This document shows positions 12,955 through 25,245 of a stretch of DNA of 64,000 nt, one piece after another; within the stretch, counting starts at the first letter, position 1; every line of letters starts with the position of its first letter. Made by a program: the position numbers and the translations under genes. The stretch spans positions 77,088,937 through 77,152,936 of the forward strand of contig NC_133617.1 of the NCBI RefSeq assembly GCF_048593235.1, written 5' to 3'. Origin of the DNA: Sminthopsis crassicaudata (Eukaryota). The notes below the pieces were generated by a model, which ran no database searches, had not been told where the DNA came from, and saw only the letters and a program-made list of their open reading frames with translations.

Positions 12955-13080
12955 ATTTTTCTCCACATGAATTGTTTGCTGACTTCCCCAGCCAGAGCTG
13001 ATGGAATTGTTCCTGAAGGAAGGACATGACATTCATTCCTGTTAAATTTAATCTCGTTTCTTGGTCCACTTTGTTGGAAT
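12955..13080 (-). mobile_element. L3/CR1 ORF2 fragment
   Basis: Minus translation NEIKFNRNECHVL resembles the CR1 RT C-terminal motif MKFNxxKCKVL. Confidence 0.5.
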
Positions 13081-14029
13081 CTTTGTTGTTTACAGGGAGC
13101 TGTGTGCCAACCAGTTTCTGCCAAGAATTTACGAGTTGAAATCACGGGTCCTCAGATTGCTCTCTGTGGACAGACTATTGGAACTGTTATCTTTGAGTTT
13201 TCTTCATTCCCCTTCAGTACCCACATTGTCCTGCAAAGGCGGGTCGGGGGGAGTTGCACACCAGCATATACGCCTGTGACAAATGTGTGCAGGCATGTCA
13301 AACTCTTGGGTGCTGAGGAGGATTCAAAAGATTGCTTTTACTGAAAAGGATGGAGCGGAGAACCAAATCCAGTCTTATCCTCTAGTGTTTCCTCCTGTGC
13401 TGGAGCAGACAGAGAAATATATAGGTCCTTGGCGTCTCTCTTAAAAACTGAACATTGATGTCCCAGAATTCAACCCCTGGGAGCATCCCAGATTAGAACT
13501 TGTGTAAACCTGATTCTGACCCCAGCATGTTCCCAGGTTCAAAGCTGATCTGTCTGGGGGCATCAATTGTTTTACCTACTCAAAGCCTTTTCACCATCTC
13601 TACCAAGAACCTTAGAGGAAATAGTCCAAAATGGCTGATTCTGAGTAGAATCTGAGTAGAGGTGGAGTCAGGGTAATTGAGGTAGTCCATAAGTGAACTG
13701 CTGCACTGTTATCCAGCCAATATTTAGGAAATTGCTTTGCTTTTCAACCTAAACGAAGGCCTTGATAAATTTTATTTTTTTGATCCATCATTCCAGCCTG
13801 TGAGTTCTTTGGGAATCTTACCTCTGTGATCCATTGCTACTTTGATACTCATTTTCCATTCAACAAACATTAAGTTTGTGGCAGGATTAAGGCACAATGA
13901 TTTGGGGTGGATTATTAAAAGATAAAGACATAGGTCCTGCCCTCAATAAGTTATAATTTAATAGAGGAAATAAGATGGACATAATTCTAAAAGGTTTTGG
14001 AGGGGGAAGAGGTGACTTTCTGCTATAGA

Positions 14030-15370
14030 GGAAATAAAAGACTTTTAATGGCACCTTAGTTGAATCTTGAGAGATTTTAACTGGAAATTTTTGTTTTAGG
14101 TGTGAGGGTGATGTGAACAAAGGCATAGAGAAGGGAAAGGATGAGATAAAAATAATGAATAGTCCCATCTTAGCTGACAGGTAGACTATATAAAGGAGAT
14201 AGGGTAGTATGAAATAAGGCTGAGAAAGTATAGAAACCAGATTGTGGAGGTTTTAAGGACAGGATCAGAATTTTATACTTCATTAAGTAGGAAAGCAGAA
14301 ATTGAAGTCATTTTTAAACACAAAAAGACTATAAAATCAAAGGATAGCTTAGGAAGGGGCAAGACCAGCGACATTGAAGATGAAATGTTTGAGTTGTTAC
14401 GGGAACACAGGCCTGGAATCATGGAGATAGATTAGATCTAGAGGCAAAAGTAGGGAAATGTTTGAGTAACATGATGAGTAGTAGGCCCTGAGAAAGAACA
14501 AAAAGTCTGCCTGGGGGGTACTCTTTGGATTATTGCTTTAGGTGTTGATATTTAGGTTGATAATCATCTGGGTGAGCCTCAGTGCAGTATCTTGGCTCTG
14601 TGAAAAAAGTTATCAATCATCTCTCATCTAGTCATTGAAAATGCGGTTCATGCTGTTGAAAAGCTATATGGACCCTGCAGAGAGAATAGTTCCAAAACAA
14701 GAAAATTGAGTGAGTTTTCATAACTTCACTGTTGCCTCTCAGCAGTTCACATAACTGCAGTGTTGCTTTTCACATAAGGGAGGTTGAAACATGATTGGAT
14801 CCAAGGGAATTGGGATCTAGGAATCTGATGACATCAGCCTTACTCATCTTTCTCACTGCTATTCAACTTCTTAGCCTCACATTCAAGACTCTTAGCTATT
14901 ATGCTTTCATACTTACTATGCAGTCTTGTTAGATACTACATAGGGTGTGCTCAGTGCTTCAGACAATCTGGACTGCTTCCCTTTCTGTCCTTCCCCTCCA
15001 CCTATGTCCAGCTTTTTCCTGCTTCTGTGATTTTGTTTATGTCATTTCCTATCCCTGTCCTCTCCCTTCCCCCAATCATCTGTTTAAAAGCTATCTGTAG
15101 CCCTTTAAGGTCCAACTCGAGTGATGTCTCCCTTCCCCCAGTCACAAAGCTTCTGCTCCCTTGCTCCCTAAACACCATTGCTTGCACCACCTGTCATGCA
15201 CTTATGAACCACAGAATGTTTAGTATTATAGTTACTTGTGTGTAATGCATCCCCTTGTTAGATTGTGAGCTCCATGAGGGCAGAGAGTTTATCTTACCTA
15301 ATCTTTTGTGTCTCCCCTCAACCCAGGCACAGTGTTCTGCTTTTAGAGGGCCCTTGTTAAATGTTTGTTA
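14030..15370. mobile_element. L2 fragments (about 14030-14480 -, 14870-15370 +)
   Basis: L2 tail gttagattgtgagctccatgagggcaga..aaatgtttgtt, plus purine-rich antisense L2. Confidence 0.55.
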
Positions 15371-17639
15371 GAAGCTTATTAAGTGAGGAGGTAGTGGAAG
15401 AACATCTACTTGTAAAAAGAGTTCGAATCTTTTGGGCCTGTTGGAATTAAAAAGCCTAGAGGGTGGTCAACTAGAGCTGCCCAACTAAGGAGAATACAGA
15501 GGAACTTGAAGAAGGTGGCTGCTTAAAAGCAACAAGAAAATACAGAGGCCAGCAGAACAACATCTGGACTTTGTTTAGTTCCAGAATTTGTTTATCTTAG
15601 AACCAAACTCCTCACCTTCTGCTCATCCCCTGCCTGTTATACTACTTCTTCAGCTGTGCCTTCCCTTCAGCTCCCCTGCCTGGATTCCCAGTTACTGAAT
15701 TTCTTTAGTGGAAGAGAAAAATCCCCTTTTCCCTGTCTTGGGAACTTCCCCCTGGCTTTGGGGTCTTTGGACTGGGAAGGTTCCAGTTTTCACCACGGAA
15801 CCTGTTTTATTGTGTGCCGGGATACTTGAAAGAACTTGGTTGGTTATGGGGGAATAGCTATCAGTGTAGCTGGGGGGAATCTTGGTGAGTGGGAGAGGTA
15901 CCCTGGATTTGGAGATGAGTGTGTACTCTCCCTGTATGTCTCCTCTCCTGGTGTCTTCTCAGGCCTTGGAGGAGGGGGGGGGGTGTCAAGGACTGCTTGG
16001 TACTGTGTCTAGATTGTGGGACCTCCAGAAGAACTGTGACTGTATCTTATCCATCCTATGTATCTCCCCTCAGCGCTGAACCCTGGTGCTCTGCGCTTAA
16101 TAAATGTTTGTTAAAGTTAAAAGTTAAAATTTGCTAAAGAGTCATGTTATCACCTCCTGGAGAAGCCAGAGTTCTATTAAAAAAAAAAAACTAAATGTGG
16201 GGAGGCCTGTGATCTGCATTTAGTCTCCCCTTTCTAGTCCTTGTTTCCTTCTGTGCACATTGAGAGGTTTGGAATAGTCACGGAGTTTATGGTTCTATTT
16301 TACAAGCTGTACAATATGTACTATAATACTATATAATAGGTACTTATTGATAAGCCCTACACTGCCTATGACAGACAGGGGCTGAACCACCAGGGCTTGG
16401 TTTTAAGGATTTCTTTTTCCTCACAGAGCTGGTGTTCCTTTGTCCTTTAGGTCTGGGCTGTGGTTGGGACCACTCACTTTTGTACCTACAAAGGCCTTTA
16501 GGCACATAGCCCATCTCATCTCATTTTACAATTAAGAAAGAAAATTGCAGCCCAGAAGTTGTGAACAACTAGAATTTGAACTTGGGTCCCCTAGAACAAG
16601 TCTAACTCTCCTTTCATTGTACCACACTGCTCCTTAAAAGGTAATAGAATGAGGGGTTCAGGGGTTTTCTTTGGTGTCAATCATAGCTAGGGGGAGAGGT
16701 ATGGGTGGGTGGAGGGTGACAAAGCTGGTTTTATTGGAGAGGGACAAATTTCCCATGAATGGAGTCACCCAACTCCACTGAAAGTAAGTTGGGCTGCATG
16801 TCATCTTGGGTCCCTATCACTGTAAGAGCCATGTGTGAGTCCTCAGTGAGAAGGGAGTGTCTGATCTGAGGAATCTCCCGTGTACCCTCAATATCCTTAC
16901 AAGCCTCTAGCTATGTCTGGGACAATTCCTAATCCCATCTCATGTAGGTAGGTCTATAGAGATGTCTCATCTCCAGCTGTGCAGGGAAGAGAGCAGCCAA
17001 TGTGTGCTCTCTGGAACAAGGAACTATCCCACAGACTTCAAAAGAGGAGCTAGACCACAGCATGAATAAGCAATATCTAGAGATATTATGTATCAAGATC
17101 CCTCAGACCAGCCTAAGATTCTGAATTATAAAATCTTGGTTGAAATTCTTAACGTGAATCATTTCTCTAAAATGGGTTCATGAACTTTTTTTAAAAATGT
17201 TTAAAATTTAATTATTTTCCTTTGTAATCCCTTGTATTTTTAATTCCTAAAAACATTCCAACACTCTTGGAACAGGTCCAGAGATTTCTCCAGAGGTGGG
17301 CTAAGAACCCCTGCACAGAAATAAGGTGGGTGGACTATATAATCCCTCAGGTTTCTTTAACATAGGAGGCAGTCTGGCTGTGACATGTTAGGCTGATCCT
17401 AGGACTAGAACCAAGGTCCTGTAGTTCATTCAGTGAGACAAGTATGAATGATATTCTCAGACATTCCTATTTCTCTGTTGGGATGGGGCTGCAGTAATAA
17501 ACTGTCCAGAGTAATATTACAGAATCTCTTATTAATTAATTAATATTACAGAATGAGTTGGTGGTAACTCATAGAATCTCTATAACACCCTAAATCAGCA
17601 TCCAGCCTTCATGTTCATAATAAGTCCCATTCCACTTTT

Positions 17640-18250
17640 GAATCACTTAGTAGTCCAGTCCAAAGAGGCTAAATTTGTGCATGTGCATCTTTTGTTTCTC
17701 ATGCTACCTTTTGGGATAAACCAGAGTAAGTTAAATACGTCTTACTACACGGCCCTCCAAATACCTGAAGAGAGAGCTATTGTGTTCTGAGTCTTCAGTT
17801 TAAATATTCCTTGGTCAATCCATGGCATGGATTGTGATGTCATTCACTATTTGCTATTCCCTTCAGGTTTAGCACTTGTCTTTCTAGAATATGGCATTTA
17901 AAACCCCACATGATACAGGAGATGCAATCTTGGAGCAGAATGCAGCATTAGCCCTCCTTGTTATAGGCAGCATATCTTAAGTCAAAGCTAAGACAGCTTT
18001 TTTTTTTTTTTTTAGTGCCCTAGTGCCCTGATAATTCAGTGAATTCACAGGCCACCGAAACCAAGATATTTTCAGATAAACTGCTCTCCACCTCATTCCA
18101 AGTACTTTCAAAATTCAATATTAAACTTATAGGACTCTGCATTTAATCTTAGAATGAATTTGTCTATAAACTTTATTTGGGATCTTGTCTCTCACCCGTT
18201 AAGTGTAATCCAGCTTTATGTCATTTTTAGACAATTAGCATATGTATGGT
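17640..18250 (-). mobile_element. L3/CR1 fragment
   Basis: Antisense CR1 3'-region motifs. Confidence 0.45.
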
Positions 18251-18799
18251 AGGCTGATGTAGGACACAAACCAGTGGGACTGGAGCAATGAACATAATGG
18301 GTTGTAAGTGCATGATCAAAGATAGCTCCCAGTGGAGATCTGCCAAGCTGACAGAACCATTAGTGATTACTATTATGACAGGCCAGTCCACATACCCACC
18401 ATCCAGAGGCTCAGGCCACCTTGCTTACTGAGACACAGATTGGATCTTGGATCCACTGCATTGCCCGTCTCTGCCAGCCCCAGGGCTACTATAGCAGATA
18501 CCAAGACTGGAAGACCAGGCCCTCTGCTCAGCTTTCAGCTATGGATCTTTACCTTGGATTTTTCCTTATTCAGTCAGTTCTAATCCCCTTTGGCTCTTCC
18601 AGGGCTTGTATTACAGAATTTGACTATCAGAGCAATGCTGCCTGGCCCAACCTTTGCTGGCTACTTTGCTGTCCCAATCCGCTTCAGTTCTACAATTCTA
18701 TATCCCCAGATTGCCCAGTCTAAGAAACTCCTTGATCCCCATCACTACTTCCATTCTCTTTGCCACCCTGAGATTCTCTTGATAAAAATTATTCACACG

Positions 18800-21270
18800 A
18801 TCTAGATACATACTGATAGCTGTTAACTATAGATTCCCAGGACATTCTCCTTCCTCCATGAGTTCTGTGCCTGGCTCGAGGCCATCCTGATTCCTGCTGT
18901 TCAAACTACTCAACTCCCATGATCTATACTATTATGTTCTACATAGATGGTTGTGCCCTTGATCATCTTATAAATTCATTTTCATGATCCAGAACTCTGA
19001 AATTCCTCTATTTAATCATCTCCTGTCTTTCCCTCATTTTCCATTTATCAAGTCTTTTTTCACTATGATCTACAATCTTTCCATTCTTTGGTATTTTGCC
19101 AAGCTATCACTTCCATTGGGGAACCATTCCAACTTATACACTGCCCTTTACTTTCAAATTCCCAGCTCCTTTGTTTTATCACTGTTTATCCCTTGCTAAA
19201 TTATCCCAGAGCTGGATTACTTCCAACACACCTGCCCCCCCCCCTCTCTTAATGTTCCTGGATGGACCTAAAGGAAGTCATATCCATGCTGACTGAGTCT
19301 GCTGTAAATATAATCTAATCTCAGTTGGACTCTTGCTGGAACAAAGATTTTTGGCTTCTTAATTATCTCCATAACAATTTCATCCAATCTTTTAGTCTTA
19401 AGCTTCCTACATCAGCCTCTCCCCTGTCCTCCCAGATGAGGTTCTTGCCTCTCAATTTACTTAAAGAAAACAGCTGGCTGAGATCTTCTCTGCCTCCTTA
19501 CCCACTTGACCCCATTATTCCTTTTTTTTTTTTTTTTTGAAGTGATCTCAAAGCCAACCCTTCTATCCATGCCCTTAACCTCATCCCCTCCTGTCTTCTC
19601 CATGAGATTACTCAGATTATCATCCTCCTATAGAGTCTTAAATATCTCCCTAGGTTCTGGTTCCTTACAGATCCCTAAAAACATGCCCAAGTCTACTCTA
19701 GTCTTAAAAAAAAATCTTTAAAAGCCATATGTATTAGAGATTTGTAGCAGCATATACAATCTTTTTCTGTTGTTCATATGTAGAAATGATTACATTGGTA
19801 TATTAAGTTCATACAGCAGAATACATAAAATATATTTTTTTCTCCCCCTGAGACAGTTGGGGCTAATTGACTTGCCCAGGGTCCCACAGCTAGGAAGTTT
19901 TAAGTGTCTGAGACTGGATTTGAATTCAGGTCCTCCTGACTTCAGGACTCTATCCACTGCACCACCTAGTTGCCCCTGAAAAAAAAATATTTTTAAGAAA
20001 ACATTTGTCCTACACTACCAGATGTCTCCACTTTTCTTTTGCTCTTCATAATCCTTTGAAATATGGCATCTAATCTGGAACTGCTGTCTTCAAAGTTGCC
20101 AGTAATCCTTTAGTTGCTCAACTAATGTCCTCTTCTCAACCTTGCTGCAGCATTTGACTTTACTGACCATCTCTTCCTCAGTCCCCTTTCTCTCTGGGTT
20201 TTCATGACATTAGCTCTCCTAGTTCTTCCAACAGGTTTTTCTCAACATCTTTTGCTGGGTTATTATTCATATCACGTCCTACTGTCCTGGGCCCTCTTAT
20301 CTTGGTGACTTCCATCAGCTCTCTTCATTATCTCTGTACAGATGACTCATACAATAATAACCACTCCTACTTTTCCTTCCAAGCTCCAATCTAGCAGTAT
20401 CCACTGCTTTCTGGACATGTCCAAAACACAACTCATATATTTTCTCCCAACCCCCCCTTCCTTTGAACTTCCTGTTTCTATTGAGAGGACTGCCATCCTT
20501 CTAGTCATCCAGCTTTTTAAGCCCTATTATCCTTACTTGATTCTTACTCACCCCTCATATCTATTAAGTTACCAAACTGAAATAGCCTCCTGATCAATCT
20601 GTCTTGTATTTCTCCATTCTGTTGTTCTTCATCTTCCACAAAACTGCAAAGTGATTTTCCTGAAGCACAGATCTAACCATGTCACCCCCTTATTGTACCT
20701 CATTCCTTTCTATAAACTTTGTGGTCCAGCCATACTAGCTGCTATTCACACATGACACAACCTCTTTACCCTTGTATTGCTTGTCCCCCATTCCTGGAAT
20801 GCTATTCTTTTCCCCTCCCTTTTAAACCTGGCATACACAATCTGTGCAAATAGTTGGTGGATACAGAATACAGAAGATAGTAAGACATACACAGAAAACA
20901 CTAGGGCAACTCATGGCCCTGCAGGCCCCCACATTATGCTCCCAGGGCCATTTTTAGACAATTGATGATAAAATACTTTTTAATTCCATTATCTGCTTGG
21001 GAGAACTTCCTTCTTCCTAAAGGAATAAGAATATAAACTCTTATACCACATTTAAAATCTTAATATTGTGTCTCATCCTTTCTGTAATATCATTTGGACC
21101 AGGGGGAAATCAATTAAACAGGATTTCTTAACTCTCATAACATCTATGCAAACAAGTTTGTCCTCATAATGTAAATTGAGGGCAAGGAGTTTCAAATTTA
21201 TCTTTGTATTCTTAGTGCCTAGCACAGTACCTGATGTGCAGCAAATGCTTAATAAATGCTTCTTGATTTA
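18800..21270 (+). mobile_element. Long degraded L2 LINE interrupted by SINE and L1 pieces
   Basis: L2 ORF2 motifs (ccttcctccatgagttc..gcctggct; gcagcatttgactt..tgaccat; ttcattatctct..gatgactc) and tail gtgcctagcacag..cttaataaatgctt. Confidence 0.7.
19849..19978 (-). mobile_element. WSINE1-type CORE-SINE (tRNA-derived)
   Basis: Reverse complement reads ggggcaactaggtggtgcagtggatagag..ctgaagtcaggaggacctgaattcaaatcc..gggcaagtca. Confidence 0.8.
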
Positions 21271-21889
21271 AGAATAGCTATTGTTCACCCTATGATTTTC
21301 AATGGAATAGCCTCATTTTGTGGGTTCATCTATAAATTTATCTTGGACAGACACTGAAGATGGACATAAGTTAGACACAGAATTCAAGAGGAGGGGTTAC
21401 CCTTAATTGTTCCACCCCTCAACCTTTTGAGTCATTAGGGACTGCCTGGCTTCCATGAAGTATCCAGAACATCCATAGCCATGGTTGATGTTATTGCAGC
21501 TGTAGACGGGCTGTCAGAGGCCAGCCTTGTGGAGGTGAGCAACATCCTGAAGCAGGGATGAGGACTGGAAAGTGAGGAGAAAAGGGGATTCTAAGCCTTA
21601 AAACTTATCAGTGCAGATTACCTTTTTTAGTCCTTGATCTGGACTTGCATCCCAGAACCACCCCTTACTCCTCTTTCCCCCATCCTCATCACACACATAC
21701 CCAAAAGTACATTTTTTCTAATCTCTCTGTCTGCTGGCCCTGGTGCTTCCAAATTCTCTGACCACACCCAAACAACTGAGGGTATGAAGAAGGAAGTTTG
21801 GGGAGAAATAGCTGGAATGAGTAGGTCTTGTGTAGGAGAGCCTAACCTTTTCATTTTCACTATATTCAATAAACTATGTGATTACAGTA

Positions 21890-22725
21890 TGTGAAGGGTC
21901 AGAGCTTGTCAAATGTGGGGTCGTGACCATAAGGAAGTCATCTCGATTTTCTCGATTCCATGTCTGTGTTTTTGAGCAATATTCCCTATCAGTTAAATTT
22001 AGATTCAATCCAGCCATTGCCATGGTGGCAGTTGATGAGCCTGTATTTTCATGATGAGTACCCTCTGGTGGTCAGAGAGGATACTGTAAGCTTTTTGGAG
22101 ATTATAACCAAGCATGAGGCAGAGAATAACTCAGGTAGTTCCTGAGGCCCAATTTAAATATACAGCTATATGCTATTATTGAAGCAAGTTGTGGTCCCTT
22201 TAAGAAACTATTTCCTTTTGATCTGTGATCTTTTTCAGATTCTTCCTGGGCATATCCTCCCTAGACAAGTTATCTTTCCAGGATGCCAGAACCTTTGATT
22301 CAATTAGAAATCCTGGTCAAAAAGCACTCCTTTGAAGTGTTAATTCCAATAGGAGATGTGGGCTGAAAACTGATGAGTCTAAGCCAGGGAACCCAGGCCC
22401 CCACCTGGTCTAACCTTTGTCATTGTGATCTGCTCAGGCTGTCCTAGCCCCCCCACCAAGATACCCAATATAACAGCTTCCTTCAAGTAAGGCCTTTGCA
22501 GATGGACCCAGGTAGCTCACTCAGCTGCCAGGACTTTCTGTCCACTGAGAAAGCATTCTCAGTGCAAAACTCCGTTTTCCAACAGATCGGCCACTATAGA
22601 AGTCAGTCTTTTGGTAAACTGATTTCTATCCAACAATAAACTTTCATTTTGCAACTAATAATTCCGGAATGAGTGGATTCTTTCACTCCTAAAACCTGTG
22701 GCCGATTTAAAAGATATTCTTAACA
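21890..22725 (+). mobile_element. Solo LTR-like element (ERV)
   Basis: TG...CA ends (tgtgaagg...ttaaca), TATA-like aatataa near 22467, AATAAA at 22635-22640 followed by a U5-like tail. The 5' boundary is uncertain and no TSD was found. Confidence 0.5.
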
Positions 22726-23045
22726 ACTCTCATTGTCACTAATCTCTTGACCACCAGGAATTGAGACCACTCAAATGGCATTATCTTGTAGGTTTAACAG
22801 AGTCAGCTCACAAGACAATTTGGACTGGTGCCACTATATGATATTGATTGCCCTTTTAAAATCTATTCTATACCTTAAGCAGCAGCTTTCTAGAATTTTT
22901 CTAGTCATCCCACCAAGTGCAAGTGATAGTGTTTTAACTTAATTTGCTCAAATTTACTTCCTTGTATTGAGATATTTAGCCTAGCCTCTATAACTCAGAT
23001 TTTCTGTATTTGAATCTATAAATAACTAATGGAATGAAAGAAAAG

Positions 23046-23883
23046 TGATAAGGTGAAAATAAGGAAAAGAAATGGAGGTTCCCTTTCTATAAATTTGGCT
23101 GAGAAAGGGAGGAGTGATTTAGATAGTAGCTTTGACGAGGGGAGCTCCAAAACTCACTCTCTGACTTTGGGAAGGAGCCATGAAGTAAAGCACTTGAAGC
23201 TCCTAGAAGGAGAGATTCTCCTTCCACCCTGCCTCAGAGAGAGACCGCCCCAGGGAATCTGATAAAGTGGTTTGTCCAGGTGGGGCTGGTTGAGTCCTGA
23301 GATAAAAAATTCAACTGAAGATCTTCAATTCAGCTCCATCAAGAGCAGCCCCCAGCTTGTAGCCAAGGCTTCTAAAAAGAGCCAATCTTAAACCCTCTCT
23401 TTGCAGAGGAGCGAAAATGCCAATGAAATGCTCGCTCTTCCTGGTATAGCAAACTGTCCGCTGGAATATTCTCTACCAGAGCTACCCGCTCTTTATCCTC
23501 ACCCCAACGAGGAACTTCTCTGCCAGGATTCCTCCACTGAGGAATTCAGCCTTTCTATTCCTGCATAGCAAAGGCTGATTTTCTAATGCCAATAACAAAC
23601 CCCTTATCAATCTAGGTTTCCTTTATGAAGAATCTCTGCTTGCCAGAGGGGGGTTCCCCCAAACTCCCTACCCATGTGCAGAACCCCAAGGGGGTCCAGT
23701 TGGTTCCCTGAACCCTGAACCTGCCACTAGACCTTATCATTTAACTCCCTGACCACCAGGAACCCTCACCTCATTTTGGCTCCCAGAATCTAATCTCGTC
23801 ATTTGGTTCCCCGACAATCCTAAATCTAGACCTCATATTTTGGTTCTCTGACCAAAGGGAACCCCAAAACCTAAACCTCATCA
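23046..23883 (+). mobile_element. LTR-like element with terminal inverted repeats and a reiterated U5/PBS(tRNA-Glu)-like array
   Basis: Starts TGATAAGG; the complementary CCTTATCA ends at 23609 and 23739 and CCTCATCA at 23883. TGGTTCCCTGA-like motifs at 23701, 23804 and 23841. Confidence 0.6.
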
Positions 23884-24089
23884 GCTCGAGGGAATGGTAG
23901 AGAAAAATAGAATTTTTAAAAGGATGAGCATATGCTTCTCTAGGGAAGGATCCAGCGATTGGGGAGAGAAGGGAGATCAAAAAGTGAGGAAAAGCTGGAG
24001 TCGCCTAAAGCTAAATGCGATACTTGGGCTGTCTTTGCTGGACAAGGGCTGGATCCAGGCAGAGAGGAAGGGTGTCTCTACTAGGCACT

Positions 24090-24960
24090 AAATGTCCATC
24101 ACACGTGCCCAAGACGAGGGACAGGGAGCCCTGGACAGGGGCGGAGCAGCCCAGGAAGCCAGGGCAGGCGTATCGCAGCCCGGAAACGCGGCAGGGAAAC
24201 AAGGAATCTTGAGGGACAGCTCCTTGGCCAACCACGAAGGGCGGCGCAACAAAGGGGCACCTGATAGCCAATCCTCTGTGAGCTCTCAGCTCCGACTTGT
24301 CTCCATCCAATGGAGTGTCAAAACGCCATCATCCAGTGCGATCGTCGCCCGCCTAGATTCCCGCGTCATGTTTTTGGCCGTTGGCTGTTGATTACTTCCA
24401 CTAAGAGGATGAGAGCGGGGTCGAGGGGCAGGGCTTGAGGGGCAGCCCCATAAGGGGCTGGGGCTGGCTTCCCTTGTCAGCTGCCCGGCCGCCTTTCCCC
24501 AGCTTTGGCTTCCGGACCTAAGCCTGCGCATAGCCCCTTTTCATTCACGCCTGCGCTGATAGGAAGGGGGAGGGGTTGGGCGCGGTGTGGGAGGCGCGCC
24601 TGCGTAGATAGAATCCCTTCCGCAGAGCCGCGCCTGCGCAGAGGTGCCAGGCTGGTTCCGCAGAAATGAAGTCGCTTTTGGCCTTGTGTGCTGTGCAGGT
24701 GACCCGGTACCAGACGTTGGCTTGCCGGGCTCTGGCTTCCCTGCCTCGGGAACTGTACCCGGTCTTATTCCGGGCCGCTTTCATAAACGGCCAAACGCTG
24801 GTGCTGCAAGCGCTAGTGCAGACGTGGCCCTTTCCGTGCCTGAGCTTCCGGCAGCTGCTCCCCCAGCCCAAGCAGATGGGCTGGCCCGAGAAGCCCCACA
24901 AGGAGAGTGTACAAGCCGTGATCTTGGCGCTGCTCGCGGCGCCGCGCAGGTAAGCCAAGC
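24090..24960 (+). promoter_or_regulatory. CpG-island promoter of LRRC14 paralogue B
   Basis: CCAAT at 24268 and 24307, E2F-like TTCCCGCG at 24358-24365, several NRF1-like GCCTGCGC motifs (e.g. 24522, 24630-24640), GC box near 24139. Confidence 0.75.
24666..24949 (+). CDS. LRRC14: LRRC14-like paralogue B, coding exon 1 of 3; full CDS join(24666..24949,26864..27481,28032..28599), 489 aa
   Basis: ATG at 24666 inside a CpG island gives MKSLLALCAVQV..LPRELYPVLFRAAF..VQTWPFPCLSF..ESVQAVILAL. Donor AG|gtaagc at 24949/24950 (phase 2). Confidence 0.9.
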
Positions 24961-25149
24961 TGGGACTACTCCCTGGCATGGGGAAGGGAACTATTCTTCC
25001 ACTGCAAGGCGCTGTGCGAAGAGCCCTGTAAATTTCTCTGTAGTAGAGAGGGATGTCACATACTCACACCAGAAAGCCTGCTTTTAGGGTCCGGAAAAAC
25101 CAGGGCAGTGGCCTCTGTCCACGGAGCAGATACACACCCACGTGTAATT

Positions 25150-25245
25150 TATTTTTTGGTGAGGCAATTGGGGTTGTGTCTTGCCTAGGGTCACACTTTT
25201 GAACTCGGGTTCTTCCGAATCATTATGCTACGTAGCTGCTCCCTC
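25150..25245 (-). mobile_element. Degenerate WSINE1-like SINE
   Basis: tttttggtgaggcaattggggtt..cttgcctagggtcacac..gaactcggg..gtagctgctccc. Confidence 0.55.

Noticed and set aside
23690-23883. CRISPR-like repeat-spacer array
   Set aside because: Eukaryotic context; units are degenerate, irregular and explained by the LTR end and PBS.
24011-24531. Minus-strand ORFs as a relic of RECQL4 exon 1 or a retroviral gag leader
   Set aside because: No resemblance to the RECQL4 N-terminus (MERLR..) or to gag in the frames I read.
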